A DNA stretch of 64,000 bases from Spirochaetales bacterium (GTDB lineage: Bacteria > Spirochaetota > Spirochaetia > SZUA-6), in the NCBI GenBank assembly GCA_027021365.1, contig JALUUM010000009.1, forward strand, positions 537 to 64,536, given 5' to 3'. Of the stretch, positions 38,565 to 48,926 are shown in pieces. Within the stretch, counting starts at the first letter, position 1. The number at the start of each line of letters is the position of its first letter. A program made the translations under genes and the position numbers. Below the pieces are notes generated by a model. The model made no database searches, had not been told where the DNA came from, and saw only the letters and a program-made list of their open reading frames with translations.

Positions 38565-39503
38565 ATGCATAGATTTAAGACGGAAGAAATTCGTAAAGAT
38601 CCAGGACCGCCACGAATGTTTGCAGAAGACAATTCTTCTACTTTCCTAATAACACTTGGTACAGGCACACCAAGTCCTAATCCATTCCGTATGGGACCAG
38701 CTGGAGCTGTTATCGTCAATGAAACTCCTTACCTCATTGATGCAGGTGAGGGAGTCACCCGTAGCATTGCAAAAGCTGCTTCTGCACACAATAATAGATT
38801 CGCAGACTGTTTTGATCCACAAAAACTAACTAACTTGTTTATAACTCATTTACACTCCGACCATGTTGTAGGACTACCAAGCCTAATTTTGAATCCATGG
38901 ATTTTCGGAAGAAAATCTCCTTTAAATGTATTTGGTCCATCGGGAACAAAAAATCTCGTGAATAAGATTTTGGATGCTTATCAAGTGGATATTAAAGAGC
39001 GTCTGAACAGTCTGGATCCAGCCCCTCCTGAAGGTTGGAAGGTGAAGGTCCATGAAATTAAGGAAGATACGATTGTAATGAAAAACTCAAATATTACTGT
39101 CGAAGCATTCCATCATAAGCACGGGGATATGGATAATCTCGGATATCGTTTTACCACAAAAGATAAAATTATTATATGGGCTGGCGACGGGCAGATTAAT
39201 AACGCCATGTTAAAGGCTTCTAAGGATGCGGATATACTTGTTACGGAACTGTGTACTGAAGATAATATAGACAAATCACCCTGGGGAGGAATGTCAGTAG
39301 AGGAAAAAAATAGGACCATATGGTCTTATCACCTGAAGCCATCAATTCTTGCCGATTTTGCTATTCAAGCAAATGTAAAAACTTTGGTACTCGTGCACGA
39401 ATCCAATTATTCATTCCCCTATGAAGTTGACTCACTTTATAACGAACTAAAACGCTATTATCAAGGTAAGGTCATCAGCTCCCGTGATAGCGATGTATTT
39501 TAA
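38565..39503 (+). CDS. MBL-fold hydrolase, RNase Z/ElaC/AtsA-like
   Basis: LGTGTP, YLIDAGEG, THLHSDH, GD, ADILVTE, SYH and LVLVH motifs. Confidence 0.88.
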   Translation: MHRFKTEEIRKDPGPPRMFAEDNSSTFLITLGTGTPSPNPFRMGPAGAVIVNETPYLIDAGEGVTRSIAKAASAHNNRFADCFDPQKLTNLFITHLHSDHVVGLPSLILNPWIFGRKSPLNVFGPSGTKNLVNKILDAYQVDIKERLNSLDPAPPEGWKVKVHEIKEDTIVMKNSNITVEAFHHKHGDMDNLGYRFTTKDKIIIWAGDGQINNAMLKASKDADILVTELCTEDNIDKSPWGGMSVEEKNRTIWSYHLKPSILADFAIQANVKTLVLVHESNYSFPYEVDSLYNELKRYYQGKVISSRDSDVF

Positions 39504-39542
39504 TACAACATTCCATTTAAACTTGAAGGGTAACATTCTGGG

Positions 39543-40898
39543 TTAAGAATATTTGATAGATCTTGCTTCCAATTCTTTGGCAAAGGGTCTTATTTTTTGT
39601 TCTATATGCTTCATAATTTCATGGTCATCTTCTACATTAAACGTTTGCAACTTTCTATTTTCCATTACAATTTCCCCATTGATAACTGTGGTTACAACAT
39701 TAAAAGGCTGCGCCTGGAAAACCAGTGCTGCATAGTAATCATAACATGGAACCATATTAGGAGATTTTGTTTCAATTACAATTATATCTGCAAACTTACC
39801 CTTTTCCAAAGAACCAATTTTATCTTCCATCTGTAATGATTCGGCTCCACCTATTGTTGCCATTTCAACTATTTCTATCGGTTTCATTAATGTAGCATTC
39901 TTATACTGTGCCCTTTGCATCATTGCTACACCACGCATTGTTTCAAATAGGTTCAAGGAATTACAGCTCATTGGGCCATCAGTGCCTATTCCCATTCTCA
40001 CACCAGCTTTTTTCATATCGAAAGCTCTAGCAATTCCATGACCACTTTTCGCATTGGCAACCGGGTTATGAGCCACCCCACATTTAATATTTTTTATTAT
40101 TTCAATATCTTTATCATCCAAATAAATAGCATGAGCTAAATGAACATTTTTCTTCAAAAAACCTATGTTGTTTAGGTAATATATTGAAGACTTCCCTTTA
40201 TACTCTTCCGGCAGCCTCATCGGCTCATCTGTTCTCTCGGAAACATGTATTAAAATAGGAGTCTTATATTCAGAAGAAAGAGATTGTGTTTCCAATAATT
40301 TTTCTTTCGATACACTGTATGGGGCATGTGGTGCTAAAGCTGGCACCACCAGTGGGTCATTTTTATACTTTTTTATTAAATCTATTCCATAGTCAAGCCC
40401 ACCGTAGGGTTTAGGTGCATCAACAACGGGAAACCGGATAATGGTCTCTCCTAATACAGCACGGATTCCAACTTTTTTAATCGCTTTGGCCATTTCATCC
40501 GTATGGTAATACATATCGACAAAAGTAGTTATCCCACTCATTGCATATTCGATAGCACCATGGATTGTCGCATTGTAAATAAGCTCGCGGCTTAGCATAT
40601 TCTTTTCAAGTGGAAAAATCAAATCAAACAATCTATCTTTAATGCCGTTTTCACCAAGACCTCTAAAGGCGATCATGGGAAGATGGCTATGGGTGTTAAT
40701 CAAGCCCGGCAGAACAATGCCATTTTCTGCATCAATTACTTTGAAATCAGGGTATTTTTTAATACAAACCTCTGATCCTACCTCGGTAATTATTGATCCT
40801 TCAACGACTACAATACCTTTATCAATAATCCTCCGGTGTTTATCCATTGTTACTACAGTGCCATTTTTAATAATAACACCTGATTTCATTTCATTCAT
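39543..40898 (-). CDS. Amidohydrolase, MTA/SAH (nucleoside) deaminase-like
   Basis: NTHSH, FVDMYY, APHAPY, IHVSE, AHA, HNPVANAK and GTDG motifs. Confidence 0.85.
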   Translation of the reverse strand: MNEMKSGVIIKNGTVVTMDKHRRIIDKGIVVVEGSIITEVGSEVCIKKYPDFKVIDAENGIVLPGLINTHSHLPMIAFRGLGENGIKDRLFDLIFPLEKNMLSRELIYNATIHGAIEYAMSGITTFVDMYYHTDEMAKAIKKVGIRAVLGETIIRFPVVDAPKPYGGLDYGIDLIKKYKNDPLVVPALAPHAPYSVSKEKLLETQSLSSEYKTPILIHVSERTDEPMRLPEEYKGKSSIYYLNNIGFLKKNVHLAHAIYLDDKDIEIIKNIKCGVAHNPVANAKSGHGIARAFDMKKAGVRMGIGTDGPMSCNSLNLFETMRGVAMMQRAQYKNATLMKPIEIVEMATIGGAESLQMEDKIGSLEKGKFADIIVIETKSPNMVPCYDYYAALVFQAQPFNVVTTVINGEIVMENRKLQTFNVEDDHEIMKHIEQKIRPFAKELEARSIKYS

Positions 40899-40930
40899 TC
40901 TGATATATATCTTTATGACTTATTATGAGT

Positions 40931-41365
40931 TTACTCAGAACCATCCAAATTCTGAGGGCCGAAAGATTTTGGTAGTAGATCTGTCAGTTGGAAACTCAAT
41001 ATTTTATCTCCCTCTTTGCGGACATAAATAGTAAGATCATTACAAAACTCCCGTAGTACCTGACGACACGATCCACATGGGCCATTGCCTCTCCGACTCG
41101 GAGTGGCAATTGCTAAAGCTTCAAATTCCGTTTCACCCTCTGATATGGCTTTGAATACAGCAACCCTTTCTCCACAAACAGTTAATCCATAAGAGGCGTT
41201 TTCAACGTTACATCCGAGGTATATTTTACCCGATTTAGTTAAAAGTGCTGCACCCACCTGATATTTGGAGTATGGCGCATAAGCCAACTTCCTAGCTTTT
41301 TCTGCCAAGTCCATCATTTCCTGAGGTGAAGGCTTTCTCTGTTTGAACTCATTCTGATAATCCAC
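40931..41365 (-). CDS. cdd: Cytidine deaminase (homotetrameric type)
   Basis: AYAPYS, GCNVENASY, CGER and PCGSCRQ motifs. Confidence 0.95.
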   Translation of the reverse strand: MDYQNEFKQRKPSPQEMMDLAEKARKLAYAPYSKYQVGAALLTKSGKIYLGCNVENASYGLTVCGERVAVFKAISEGETEFEALAIATPSRRGNGPCGSCRQVLREFCNDLTIYVRKEGDKILSFQLTDLLPKSFGPQNLDGSE

Positions 41366-41431
41366 TATAAAACTCCATACATTAACTTATGATACTTCCT
41401 TCAATTGTATAATGAAAACACATTCATCCTC

Positions 41432-42373
41432 TTACTCTTCTGCCTTTTCAAGAGCAGCTCTATTTGCCTTTGCGGTCATGGCCCGCACCCATTTTTCCCG
41501 AAACGAAATGGTCATTAATATAATAACTATTATAGCATAGGGTAACATCTGAAGGAACTGAACTGGCATAATCTGCATACCCTGCAATCTCCATGAGATA
41601 GAATCAAAGAGCCCAAATAGAATACTACCCAGAAAAGTACCAATTGGTGTAAACATACCAAAGATTGTTGCGGCTAAACCCATAAAACCTCTACCAGCTG
41701 ACATTCCCTCTGTAAACATTGTCAAATGTCCAAGAGAGAGGTAAGATCCCCCTAATCCGGCTAAAGCACCACTTGCCATCACTGCAAAAAAACGCATTTC
41801 ATTACACCGTATTCCCATTACTTCTGCTGCAGCAGGATTTTCACCTACTGCACGAAGATGTATACCCAATTTTGTTTTATACAAAAAAATATGACTAAGT
41901 AATACTAGAATCCAGCATATATAAACTAATATCGAGTATCCACTTACCAGAGATCCAAGTATTGGTACATTATCAATTACCGGTAACTTTATCATTTCAA
42001 GCCCCTTTAGATCAGGGCTTGAAAAAGCACCTGCAACTCCAAAAATTGCTCTTAGTAAGTAAACTGTCAAATAGTTTGCAAATATATTTATAGCAATTCC
42101 CATAATGATAATGTGTGCTTTCCACTTAAGAGAAAATAAAGCAAAAATAAAAGCCAATGTCATAGATCCGAGCATAGAAAGTATTACACCAATAATAGCA
42201 CTTCCAGTATAATAACTACCAACGACAGCAACAAAAGCACCAACGAGCATCATGCCTTCTACGGCAATATTAACGATTCCGGCTTGTATCGTTAGCATTG
42301 TGGCTAAACCTGCAAAGGCAATCGGAGTAGCCAGCCTTAACGTACTTCTAATAAGCTCCAAATCAAAAACCAT
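41432..42373 (-). CDS. Nucleoside (CUT2/NupC-type) ABC transporter permease
   Basis: GIVNIAVEG, LRAVGENP and AGRGFMGLA motifs. Confidence 0.9.
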   Translation of the reverse strand: MVFDLELIRSTLRLATPIAFAGLATMLTIQAGIVNIAVEGMMLVGAFVAVVGSYYTGSAIIGVILSMLGSMTLAFIFALFSLKWKAHIIIMGIAINIFANYLTVYLLRAIFGVAGAFSSPDLKGLEMIKLPVIDNVPILGSLVSGYSILVYICWILVLLSHIFLYKTKLGIHLRAVGENPAAAEVMGIRCNEMRFFAVMASGALAGLGGSYLSLGHLTMFTEGMSAGRGFMGLAATIFGMFTPIGTFLGSILFGLFDSISWRLQGMQIMPVQFLQMLPYAIIVIILMTISFREKWVRAMTAKANRAALEKAEE

Positions 42374-42374
42374 T

Positions 42375-43442
42375 CTAAGCCTCTTTAGTAACCGCTTTCA
42401 CTCTTGAATTACCTAAGTTCCATATAAAATCAAAGATGCTTTCGGCAGCCATAAAAAAGATGATAATTGCTACAATTGTACCAATCAATTCACGTGGAAT
42501 ATCCGATGTCCACTCCAAAACCATAGCGCCCGATTTAAGACCACCATAAAAAATTGCAGCAAATAGAGCTCCAAGAGGATTACGCTTTGCAAGTAAAGCT
42601 ACGAGGATTCCATCAAATCCCAACCCACTTGAGAAATCTTCCATAAATCGTCTGTAGACACCTAATACCTCAATTCCTCCTCCCAAACCAGCGAAAGCAC
42701 CACTTAGCAGCATCCCCATAAGAATGGTCTTATTCACGGGAATACCACCAAACAATGCAAAACGTGGAGCAAGACCTACATTTCGCATCCCGAATCCTAA
42801 GGTGGTACGAGATAGTAAAAACGCAGCCAGTAGTACCATAAATAATGCTATGAAGAATCCTGTATTAAGCTGGGTACCCTGAGCTAGTCTGACCAGTTCC
42901 GCTGATGGCTTTATCTGAGGAGTCATCGGAGCTACAGCTGATTCACGCAAGGGATAGTTTACTAAATAGCTGACACCAAAACGGGCAAGATAATTAAACA
43001 TAATGGTAATTATCACTTCATCCGTTTTTAGCTTTACTTTTAGCAACCCAGGAATAAATGCCCAAATTGCTCCAGCTGCTACTGCACAACAAAGAGCCAA
43101 TAGAACATGAAAGACAGGATTCAATCCGGAAATAGTAAAACCAATAAAAGTAGCTATAACAGCCCCTATAAGAAACTGTCCCTCGATACCAAGATTGAAA
43201 AGGCCAGTACGAAATGCAAAAATTGCAGCAAGGCTTGTAAAAACCAGCGGGGTAGCTCTCTGCAGGCTGGTTAAAAAATTTCTTTTTCCAAAGAAGGCAC
43301 CTTTAAACAAAGTCAGGTACACTTTTAAGGGTTGATAACCGTTAATAAGCATAACCAGAGAACCAACTGCCATTGCCAGAATAACGCTAAAAAGAACCAT
43401 TATCAACCCGCGTATTGTTTCGTTATCGAGCAGTCGCTTCAA
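42375..43442 (-). CDS. Nucleoside (NupB-type) ABC transporter permease
   Basis: GLFNLGIEGQ, DEVIITIMFNY and GFDGILVALL motifs. Confidence 0.9.
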   Translation of the reverse strand: MKRLLDNETIRGLIMVLFSVILAMAVGSLVMLINGYQPLKVYLTLFKGAFFGKRNFLTSLQRATPLVFTSLAAIFAFRTGLFNLGIEGQFLIGAVIATFIGFTISGLNPVFHVLLALCCAVAAGAIWAFIPGLLKVKLKTDEVIITIMFNYLARFGVSYLVNYPLRESAVAPMTPQIKPSAELVRLAQGTQLNTGFFIALFMVLLAAFLLSRTTLGFGMRNVGLAPRFALFGGIPVNKTILMGMLLSGAFAGLGGGIEVLGVYRRFMEDFSSGLGFDGILVALLAKRNPLGALFAAIFYGGLKSGAMVLEWTSDIPRELIGTIVAIIIFFMAAESIFDFIWNLGNSRVKAVTKEA

Positions 43443-45055
43443 AACGGTTTCTCCTTAAAAGAAGTATCTTTCATTTTTTTATCAGGCTTAATACCAGCCA
43501 TCATAAGTCCTACCGTCTCTTCATCTGCTTCCTCTGCCTCTAATATTCCCACAATCCGACCTTCATACATCACTACAATTTGGTCACTTAACGATAGTAT
43601 TTCTTCCAACTCAGCAGAAATCAAAAGAACAGCAGTTCCACTATCACGAGCATCAATAATACGCTGATGTACAAATTCAATGCTTCCGATGTCCAATCCA
43701 CGCGTTGGTTGGGATGCAACAAGTATTTTTGGTTTTCCAGCCAACTCACGAGCCAATACAAGTTTCTGTAGATTACCCCCGGATAACGTATTAGCAACAA
43801 CATTCAAATTAGGAGTTCTAATATCAAATTCCTTCACTAGCCTTGAAGTAAATTTCTCTATAACTTTGAAGTTAAGTATATTCAACTTAGAAATAGGTGA
43901 TTTATAGTAAGAATTAACAATAGCATTATCCTTAAGATTTGCTTCCATATTTAAACCTGTGGTCATGCGGTCTTCTGGTATATGTGCCATACCTAGTTCT
44001 CTACGCCGGCGTGGATTAAACATTCCAATCTCTCGACCTTCCAGAACAATGTTACCACTCTCAACTTGTCGTAAACCGGTTATAGCTTCAACCAGTTCTG
44101 TCTGCCCATTTCCTTCCACACCAGCAATTCCCAATACCATCCCTTTCCTTACCTCAAATGATATTCTACGTACTGCTGGCAGACCTCTATTGTCAAGGAC
44201 GGTCAGATTCTTTACTGCGAGCACCACTTCACCTCGTTTAGCCGGGGTTTTTTTCAGTTGCAACAACACTTCTCTGCCTACCATCATATTGGCAAGCTTC
44301 TGGGGAGTGGTTTCTTGGGTCCTGCTCGTATATACCACTCTACCACGACGCATAACAACTACCTGATCAGAGATCTCCATTACCTCTTTTAACTTATGAG
44401 TTATGAATATAACTGTTTTACCATCCCGAACTAATCCACGAATTACGTTAAATAGTTCTCTCGTCTCCTGAGGCGTAAGTATTGCAGTCGGCTCATCTAA
44501 AATCAGAACCTCTGCTTTTCTGTAAAGAGTTTTTAGAATCTCAACCCGCTGCTGAAGTCCTACAGGAATGTCTCTAACTCGTTGATCAGGGTCGATTTTC
44601 AGTCCATACTGTTCGGATAAAGCAATGACCTGAGCACGTGCCTTTTTCTTATCAACAAAAATACCCTTGCCCCAAGCAGGTTCGTTACCAAGAGTAATAT
44701 TTTCAGTGACAGTAAAGGTAGGAACCATCTTAAAATGCTGGTGAACCATTCCCATTCCCAAGCGTATTGCCTTATCAGGGCTGTCAATTCTAACTTCTTC
44801 TCCTTTAATTTCAATCGACCCTTCATCAGGCAAGTAAAGTCCATACAGAATGTTCATTAAGGTGGTTTTGCCTGCACCATTCTCACCAACAAGGGCGAGT
44901 ATCTCGCCCTTGTTTACGGTAAGATTTACATGATCATTAGCAATAACCCTCGGAAATACCTTTGTGATGTTTTTCATACACACTGCAATTGCCGAGTTAT
45001 TTTGCCGTTTATTTTTATGATCAAGTATTGTTTCTCTTGGAGTCAAATCTGCCAC
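43439..45055 (-). CDS. Nucleoside ABC transporter ATP-binding protein (two NBDs, NupA-type)
   Basis: GENGAGKT, MVHQHF, LDEPT, LSGGNLQK and QPTRGLD motifs. Confidence 0.93.
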   Translation of the reverse strand: MADLTPRETILDHKNKRQNNSAIAVCMKNITKVFPRVIANDHVNLTVNKGEILALVGENGAGKTTLMNILYGLYLPDEGSIEIKGEEVRIDSPDKAIRLGMGMVHQHFKMVPTFTVTENITLGNEPAWGKGIFVDKKKARAQVIALSEQYGLKIDPDQRVRDIPVGLQQRVEILKTLYRKAEVLILDEPTAILTPQETRELFNVIRGLVRDGKTVIFITHKLKEVMEISDQVVVMRRGRVVYTSRTQETTPQKLANMMVGREVLLQLKKTPAKRGEVVLAVKNLTVLDNRGLPAVRRISFEVRKGMVLGIAGVEGNGQTELVEAITGLRQVESGNIVLEGREIGMFNPRRRRELGMAHIPEDRMTTGLNMEANLKDNAIVNSYYKSPISKLNILNFKVIEKFTSRLVKEFDIRTPNLNVVANTLSGGNLQKLVLARELAGKPKILVASQPTRGLDIGSIEFVHQRIIDARDSGTAVLLISAELEEILSLSDQIVVMYEGRIVGILEAEEADEETVGLMMAGIKPDKKMKDTSFKEKPF

Positions 45056-45082
45056 CCACCATTTTGCTATAAGTGTTTTAAA

Positions 45083-46168
45083 CTATTGAGCCTTATATAC
45101 ATCAGTTACCTTTATCTCTCCAGATACTATCTTTGCCGAATATTCCTTTAGAAGTTTAATCAAGTCATCCATTTTGGCAACCATATCCTTAGGCCCATTT
45201 TTACGAAACATTTGATCACCGTTTTCATCTACAAGCCATGAAGGCCCAACCATGTTTTGTGCCACACCATAAGAATGAACACCGCCCTTAAAATTACCAT
45301 CAGCAGTATCCTTTATAATCTGGAAAACTGCACGGTTGACCATCTTCATCATACTGGTAATAACATGGCCGGGAACAATATAATCTTGGTTTGAATCGAC
45401 TCCAATGGAATACAAACCGACCTCACCAGATGCGGCTAAAACCCCTTCACCGCTCTTGCCAGCTGCTGCAAATATTATGTCCGCTCCATTATTATACTGA
45501 GCAAGGGCAAGTTCCTTCCCTTTTGTTGGGTCATTAAAAGCACCGGCATAACCTATCAACACTTTCATATTCGGATCTATTGCATGGACGCCTTCTTCGT
45601 AGCCAACCTGGAATCGACGAATTAGAGGAATATCCATACCCCCTACAAAGCCAACGGTACCTGTTTTTGTAAGACTTGCAGCCACCACACCAACTAAAAA
45701 AGAACCTTCATGCTCACGAAATAGAAGGCTAGCTACATTAGGTTCGTCTACTGTATTGTCAACAATAGCAAAATTTATATTTGGAAATTCCGCAGCAACG
45801 ACCTTAGTAGCATCTTTCATCCTCCAACCAACACTGATTATTATATCGTATCCGGCCTCAGCCATAGCACGCATGCTAGCCTCATATTCAGCAGCATCGA
45901 AATTGCCTTCAATTACTTTTGTTTTAACGCCTAATTTATCCTTAGCCCATTCCATTCCTTGATTTGCTGAATCCAAGAAGGAACGATCACCAAGCGGTCC
46001 TGGCAAAACAAGGGCTGCCCGCACAGTCGTTCCTGTCCCTTCTTTATTCTCGGATTTGGAAGGTTCTTGAGCGCCACCTGCAAAGCTTATGAAAGTGAAA
46101 ACCATTATAAGCGCCAAAACAATAGAAGCTGTTTTCAACATTGGGAAACCTAAGATTTTTCGAAGCAT
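45083..46168 (-). CDS. BMP/PnrA-family nucleoside-binding protein
   Basis: GDRSFLDSA, FREHEGSFLVG, GFVGGM, GADIIFAAAG, IGVDSNQ and TSMMK motifs. Confidence 0.92.
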   Translation of the reverse strand: MLRKILGFPMLKTASIVLALIMVFTFISFAGGAQEPSKSENKEGTGTTVRAALVLPGPLGDRSFLDSANQGMEWAKDKLGVKTKVIEGNFDAAEYEASMRAMAEAGYDIIISVGWRMKDATKVVAAEFPNINFAIVDNTVDEPNVASLLFREHEGSFLVGVVAASLTKTGTVGFVGGMDIPLIRRFQVGYEEGVHAIDPNMKVLIGYAGAFNDPTKGKELALAQYNNGADIIFAAAGKSGEGVLAASGEVGLYSIGVDSNQDYIVPGHVITSMMKMVNRAVFQIIKDTADGNFKGGVHSYGVAQNMVGPSWLVDENGDQMFRKNGPKDMVAKMDDLIKLLKEYSAKIVSGEIKVTDVYKAQ

Positions 46169-46224
46169 ATACTCCTCCTTATAAAATTAAAATGCAAATT
46201 AATATGAAATATTGTTATCATTCT

Positions 46225-47037
46225 TTAATCTCGTTCAAATCCGGAAAGCTTTCTGTCCAGCGCATCCATTCTCCATGTTGGTCGTTTTCTATCAAAATGC
46301 ATGGAAAAACTTATGCGGTCCGCTCGATAGTAAAGCTTTTCGTAATCTATTGGAATCTTTTCTGTGGTGTAAGCAACTCTCGTAATAACAAAAATCGGAT
46401 CTCCTGTTTGAATCTGTAAAAGACTTGCAATTTCTCCTTTTGCAATAGACGCATCAACTTTATAATCAGCCTCTTCAAGAATGATATTGTATTTATCTTC
46501 CAGTAAACTATAAATTGGATATCTATTAAGATCATTGGATATTATTTTTTGACCAATATCATTTGGAAGCCATGTAGTGTCAAAGGACAGTGGTACATTA
46601 TTAGCAAGTCTCAATCGTTCAATATAAGTGACAACATCACCTGGAGAAAGGTTTAGTTGCTTGGCCACTACACTCGACGCAGTAACCTGTACCGCTTTAA
46701 GAAGTTGTGAAGAGGGAGAAAAACCTAGCTCCAACATATCTTCAACAAATCCAGTAAGTGCCGTTAACTCCTGACCAATCCTCTTATCACTTACGAAGGT
46801 CCCTTTCCCCTGGATGCGATAAACGGCCCCCTCAGCAGCAAGGACATCCAGAGCCTTGCGAACAGTGGCACGGCTGACATTAAATCTCTCTATTAACTCT
46901 GTCTCCGATGGCAGGCGTTCTCCAGGGGGTAGAGAGAAATTGGCAATTTCGTCGCGTATAATCTCTAGAATCTGATAATACAAAGGAACAGGACTGTTCT
47001 TTGTTATTTGTGCCCTTTCCTCTTTTTTATTAGCCAT
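46225..47037 (-). CDS. GntR (HutC/UTRA) transcriptional regulator
   Basis: PLYYQI, LPSETEL..FNVSRATVRKAL, GKGTFV and a C-terminal UTRA domain. Confidence 0.93.
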   Translation of the reverse strand: MANKKEERAQITKNSPVPLYYQILEIIRDEIANFSLPPGERLPSETELIERFNVSRATVRKALDVLAAEGAVYRIQGKGTFVSDKRIGQELTALTGFVEDMLELGFSPSSQLLKAVQVTASSVVAKQLNLSPGDVVTYIERLRLANNVPLSFDTTWLPNDIGQKIISNDLNRYPIYSLLEDKYNIILEEADYKVDASIAKGEIASLLQIQTGDPIFVITRVAYTTEKIPIDYEKLYYRADRISFSMHFDRKRPTWRMDALDRKLSGFERD

Positions 47038-47070
47038 CTACTAATTCACCCCCCCATTCAAATGGTTAAT

Positions 47071-47125
47071 TAATATAAGGTTAACCGGACAACCTTATAT
47101 TATCACCTATAGGATAACCTGTCAA
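47071..47125 (-). promoter_or_regulatory. Sigma70 promoter with overlapping palindromic GntR operator
   Basis: Minus strand TTGACA-17bp-TAATAT, and the inverted repeat TAATATAAGGTT-aaccggac-AACCTTATATTA at 47071-47102. Confidence 0.8.
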
Positions 47126-47208
47126 GGACTTATCCCTATCCATAAACTGAAAAACTAATAATTTGACAACTTTTCTTAACATAGCATTTTCATTACATTA
47201 ACCGCACT

Positions 47209-47934
47209 CTACAGAAAAACTGAAATAAGAAGATTTCCTCCCAATACAAGCATAAGGATTTTTACTATAAGGCTAAATTTGGCCTCCGGGATATGCTTAT
47301 GTAGAAAGCCACCAACAACACTTGTAAGAGCAATTACAGGTAATGTAAACAAAAAATAAGTTATAACCTTCCTTGTAATATTCCCTGCAACGAAATGAGC
47401 TATACTTGCAAAAATATTTGTGAATAGAAAAAAACTATGTAAAGTAGCTCGGAAGAGCACCGGATTCATGTTTATCAATGTCCCAAACATAACCACCGGC
47501 GGCCCGGTAATATTAAATGCTCCACCAAATAACCCTGCTAAAAAACCAAATAAAAATGCATATCTGTAACTCACTTTTTTTTGTTTTTTTATCTGAAAAA
47601 GGTTTATCAATGTAAAGACGATTATTGTAACTGCAAGAACAGCCTTAAGTATTTGTTCATCGGCTAGCCTAAGAAATATAATTCCTAAAGGAATCCCAAT
47701 AAAAGCGGAAACAACAAGTCTCCATACAGCGTGAAAATTTATATCTTTCCAGCGTTCAATAACAATGATAATTGCAAGAACACTAAGGTCTAAAGCCATT
47801 AAAGGCACTGCAACTTTAATTTCCATAAAAAATGATAGTAATGGTAAAGCAATTAGGGCTCCACCAAAACTGAAGATGGATTGAACAAGGGTTGCAAAAA
47901 ATATAATAACTATAACCGGCAGTAAATGTTCCAC
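47209..47934 (-). CDS. TauE/SafE (TSUP) family sulfite-exporter-like membrane protein
   Basis: SIFSFGGALIALP, FIGIPLG and GLFGGAFNITGPP motifs; about 8 TM segments. Confidence 0.88.
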   Translation of the reverse strand: MEHLLPVIVIIFFATLVQSIFSFGGALIALPLLSFFMEIKVAVPLMALDLSVLAIIIVIERWKDINFHAVWRLVVSAFIGIPLGIIFLRLADEQILKAVLAVTIIVFTLINLFQIKKQKKVSYRYAFLFGFLAGLFGGAFNITGPPVVMFGTLINMNPVLFRATLHSFFLFTNIFASIAHFVAGNITRKVITYFLFTLPVIALTSVVGGFLHKHIPEAKFSLIVKILMLVLGGNLLISVFL

Positions 47935-47969
47935 AACAGATCCTAAGCATTAATTTATACTACTAGTAT

Positions 47970-48016
47970 GGTTGACCGGACGACCTTACATTATCAGATT
48001 TCAAAATTCCCGTCAA
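47970..48016 (-). promoter_or_regulatory. Second copy of the promoter plus GntR operator
   Basis: Minus strand TTGACG-17bp-TAATGT. GGTTGACCGGACGACCTTACATTATCA matches GGTTAACCGGACAACCTTATATTATCA at 47079. Confidence 0.78.
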
Positions 48017-48221
48017 TAATCTTTAATTCAAACAAAAATCTGCTTCTAACTAGCTTATTAATTGAAAAATATTACTATGGTAAAGATACCTCGACAAGCA
48101 AGATATTCTTATATATTAATTAATTCTTATTATTCAAGATGATATTTAATATTATTATAAAAAGAATATTAATAATCATATTATTGATATTTTATGAGCT
48201 ATATAGTATAATTTAAATGTT

Positions 48222-48926
48222 ATGAAAACAAAGTTGAAAAGAATATCAATCATTCTGGTTGTCCTTGCAACCATTATCCTGCCGGCATTTTCACTTGGAA
48301 GGGGTGAAGGAGGATTCTCCGGCCAGGGAAGCTCCCAGCCGCTAAAGAAACTCAAAGAAGTGGAGGTACGCCAGTACCACGGAAAGAATCTCTCTTCCAT
48401 CGGTGACTTTAGAGAAAACTCCATAAAGGGTCCTCAGTACGTTGACAAGGAGAGCTACAGGCTTACTGTGAAGGGCCTTGTAGACAGGGAACTCTCCCTC
48501 CCTTACGACGACATTGTTTCTCTTGACAATTACGAAAAGGTTGTCACACTTCACTGTGTTGAGGGATGGAGCGTAAAGATTCTGTGGCAGGGTGTCCTTG
48601 TAAGGGATATACTTAAAAAAGCAGGCCCCAAAAACAGTGCAAAGATTGTAATCTTAAGAGCTGTGGATGGCTATTCAACATCATTTCCCCTGGAATACTT
48701 TATGAACAATGACATAATAATTGCCTACAAGATTAACGGCGTGGTACTCCCGCCGGAACGAGGATTCCCCTTTCAGCTCGTTGCAGAAGACAAGTGGGGC
48801 TACAAATGGATAAAGTGGATAAAAGAGATAGAGCTCTCTGACAACGAAAATTTCAGGGGCTACTGGGAAAGGTACGGCTACAGCCAGAAAGGGGACTTTA
48901 ATGAACCGATGTTTGACAATCGGTAG
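48222..48926 (+). CDS. Molybdopterin-dependent oxidoreductase (sulfite oxidase/MsrP/YuiH-like)
   Basis: LHCVEGWS (Mo-ligand Cys), GFPFQLV, KWGYKWIKWI and GYWERYGY motifs; N-terminal signal peptide. Confidence 0.9.
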   Translation: MKTKLKRISIILVVLATIILPAFSLGRGEGGFSGQGSSQPLKKLKEVEVRQYHGKNLSSIGDFRENSIKGPQYVDKESYRLTVKGLVDRELSLPYDDIVSLDNYEKVVTLHCVEGWSVKILWQGVLVRDILKKAGPKNSAKIVILRAVDGYSTSFPLEYFMNNDIIIAYKINGVVLPPERGFPFQLVAEDKWGYKWIKWIKEIELSDNENFRGYWERYGYSQKGDFNEPMFDNR

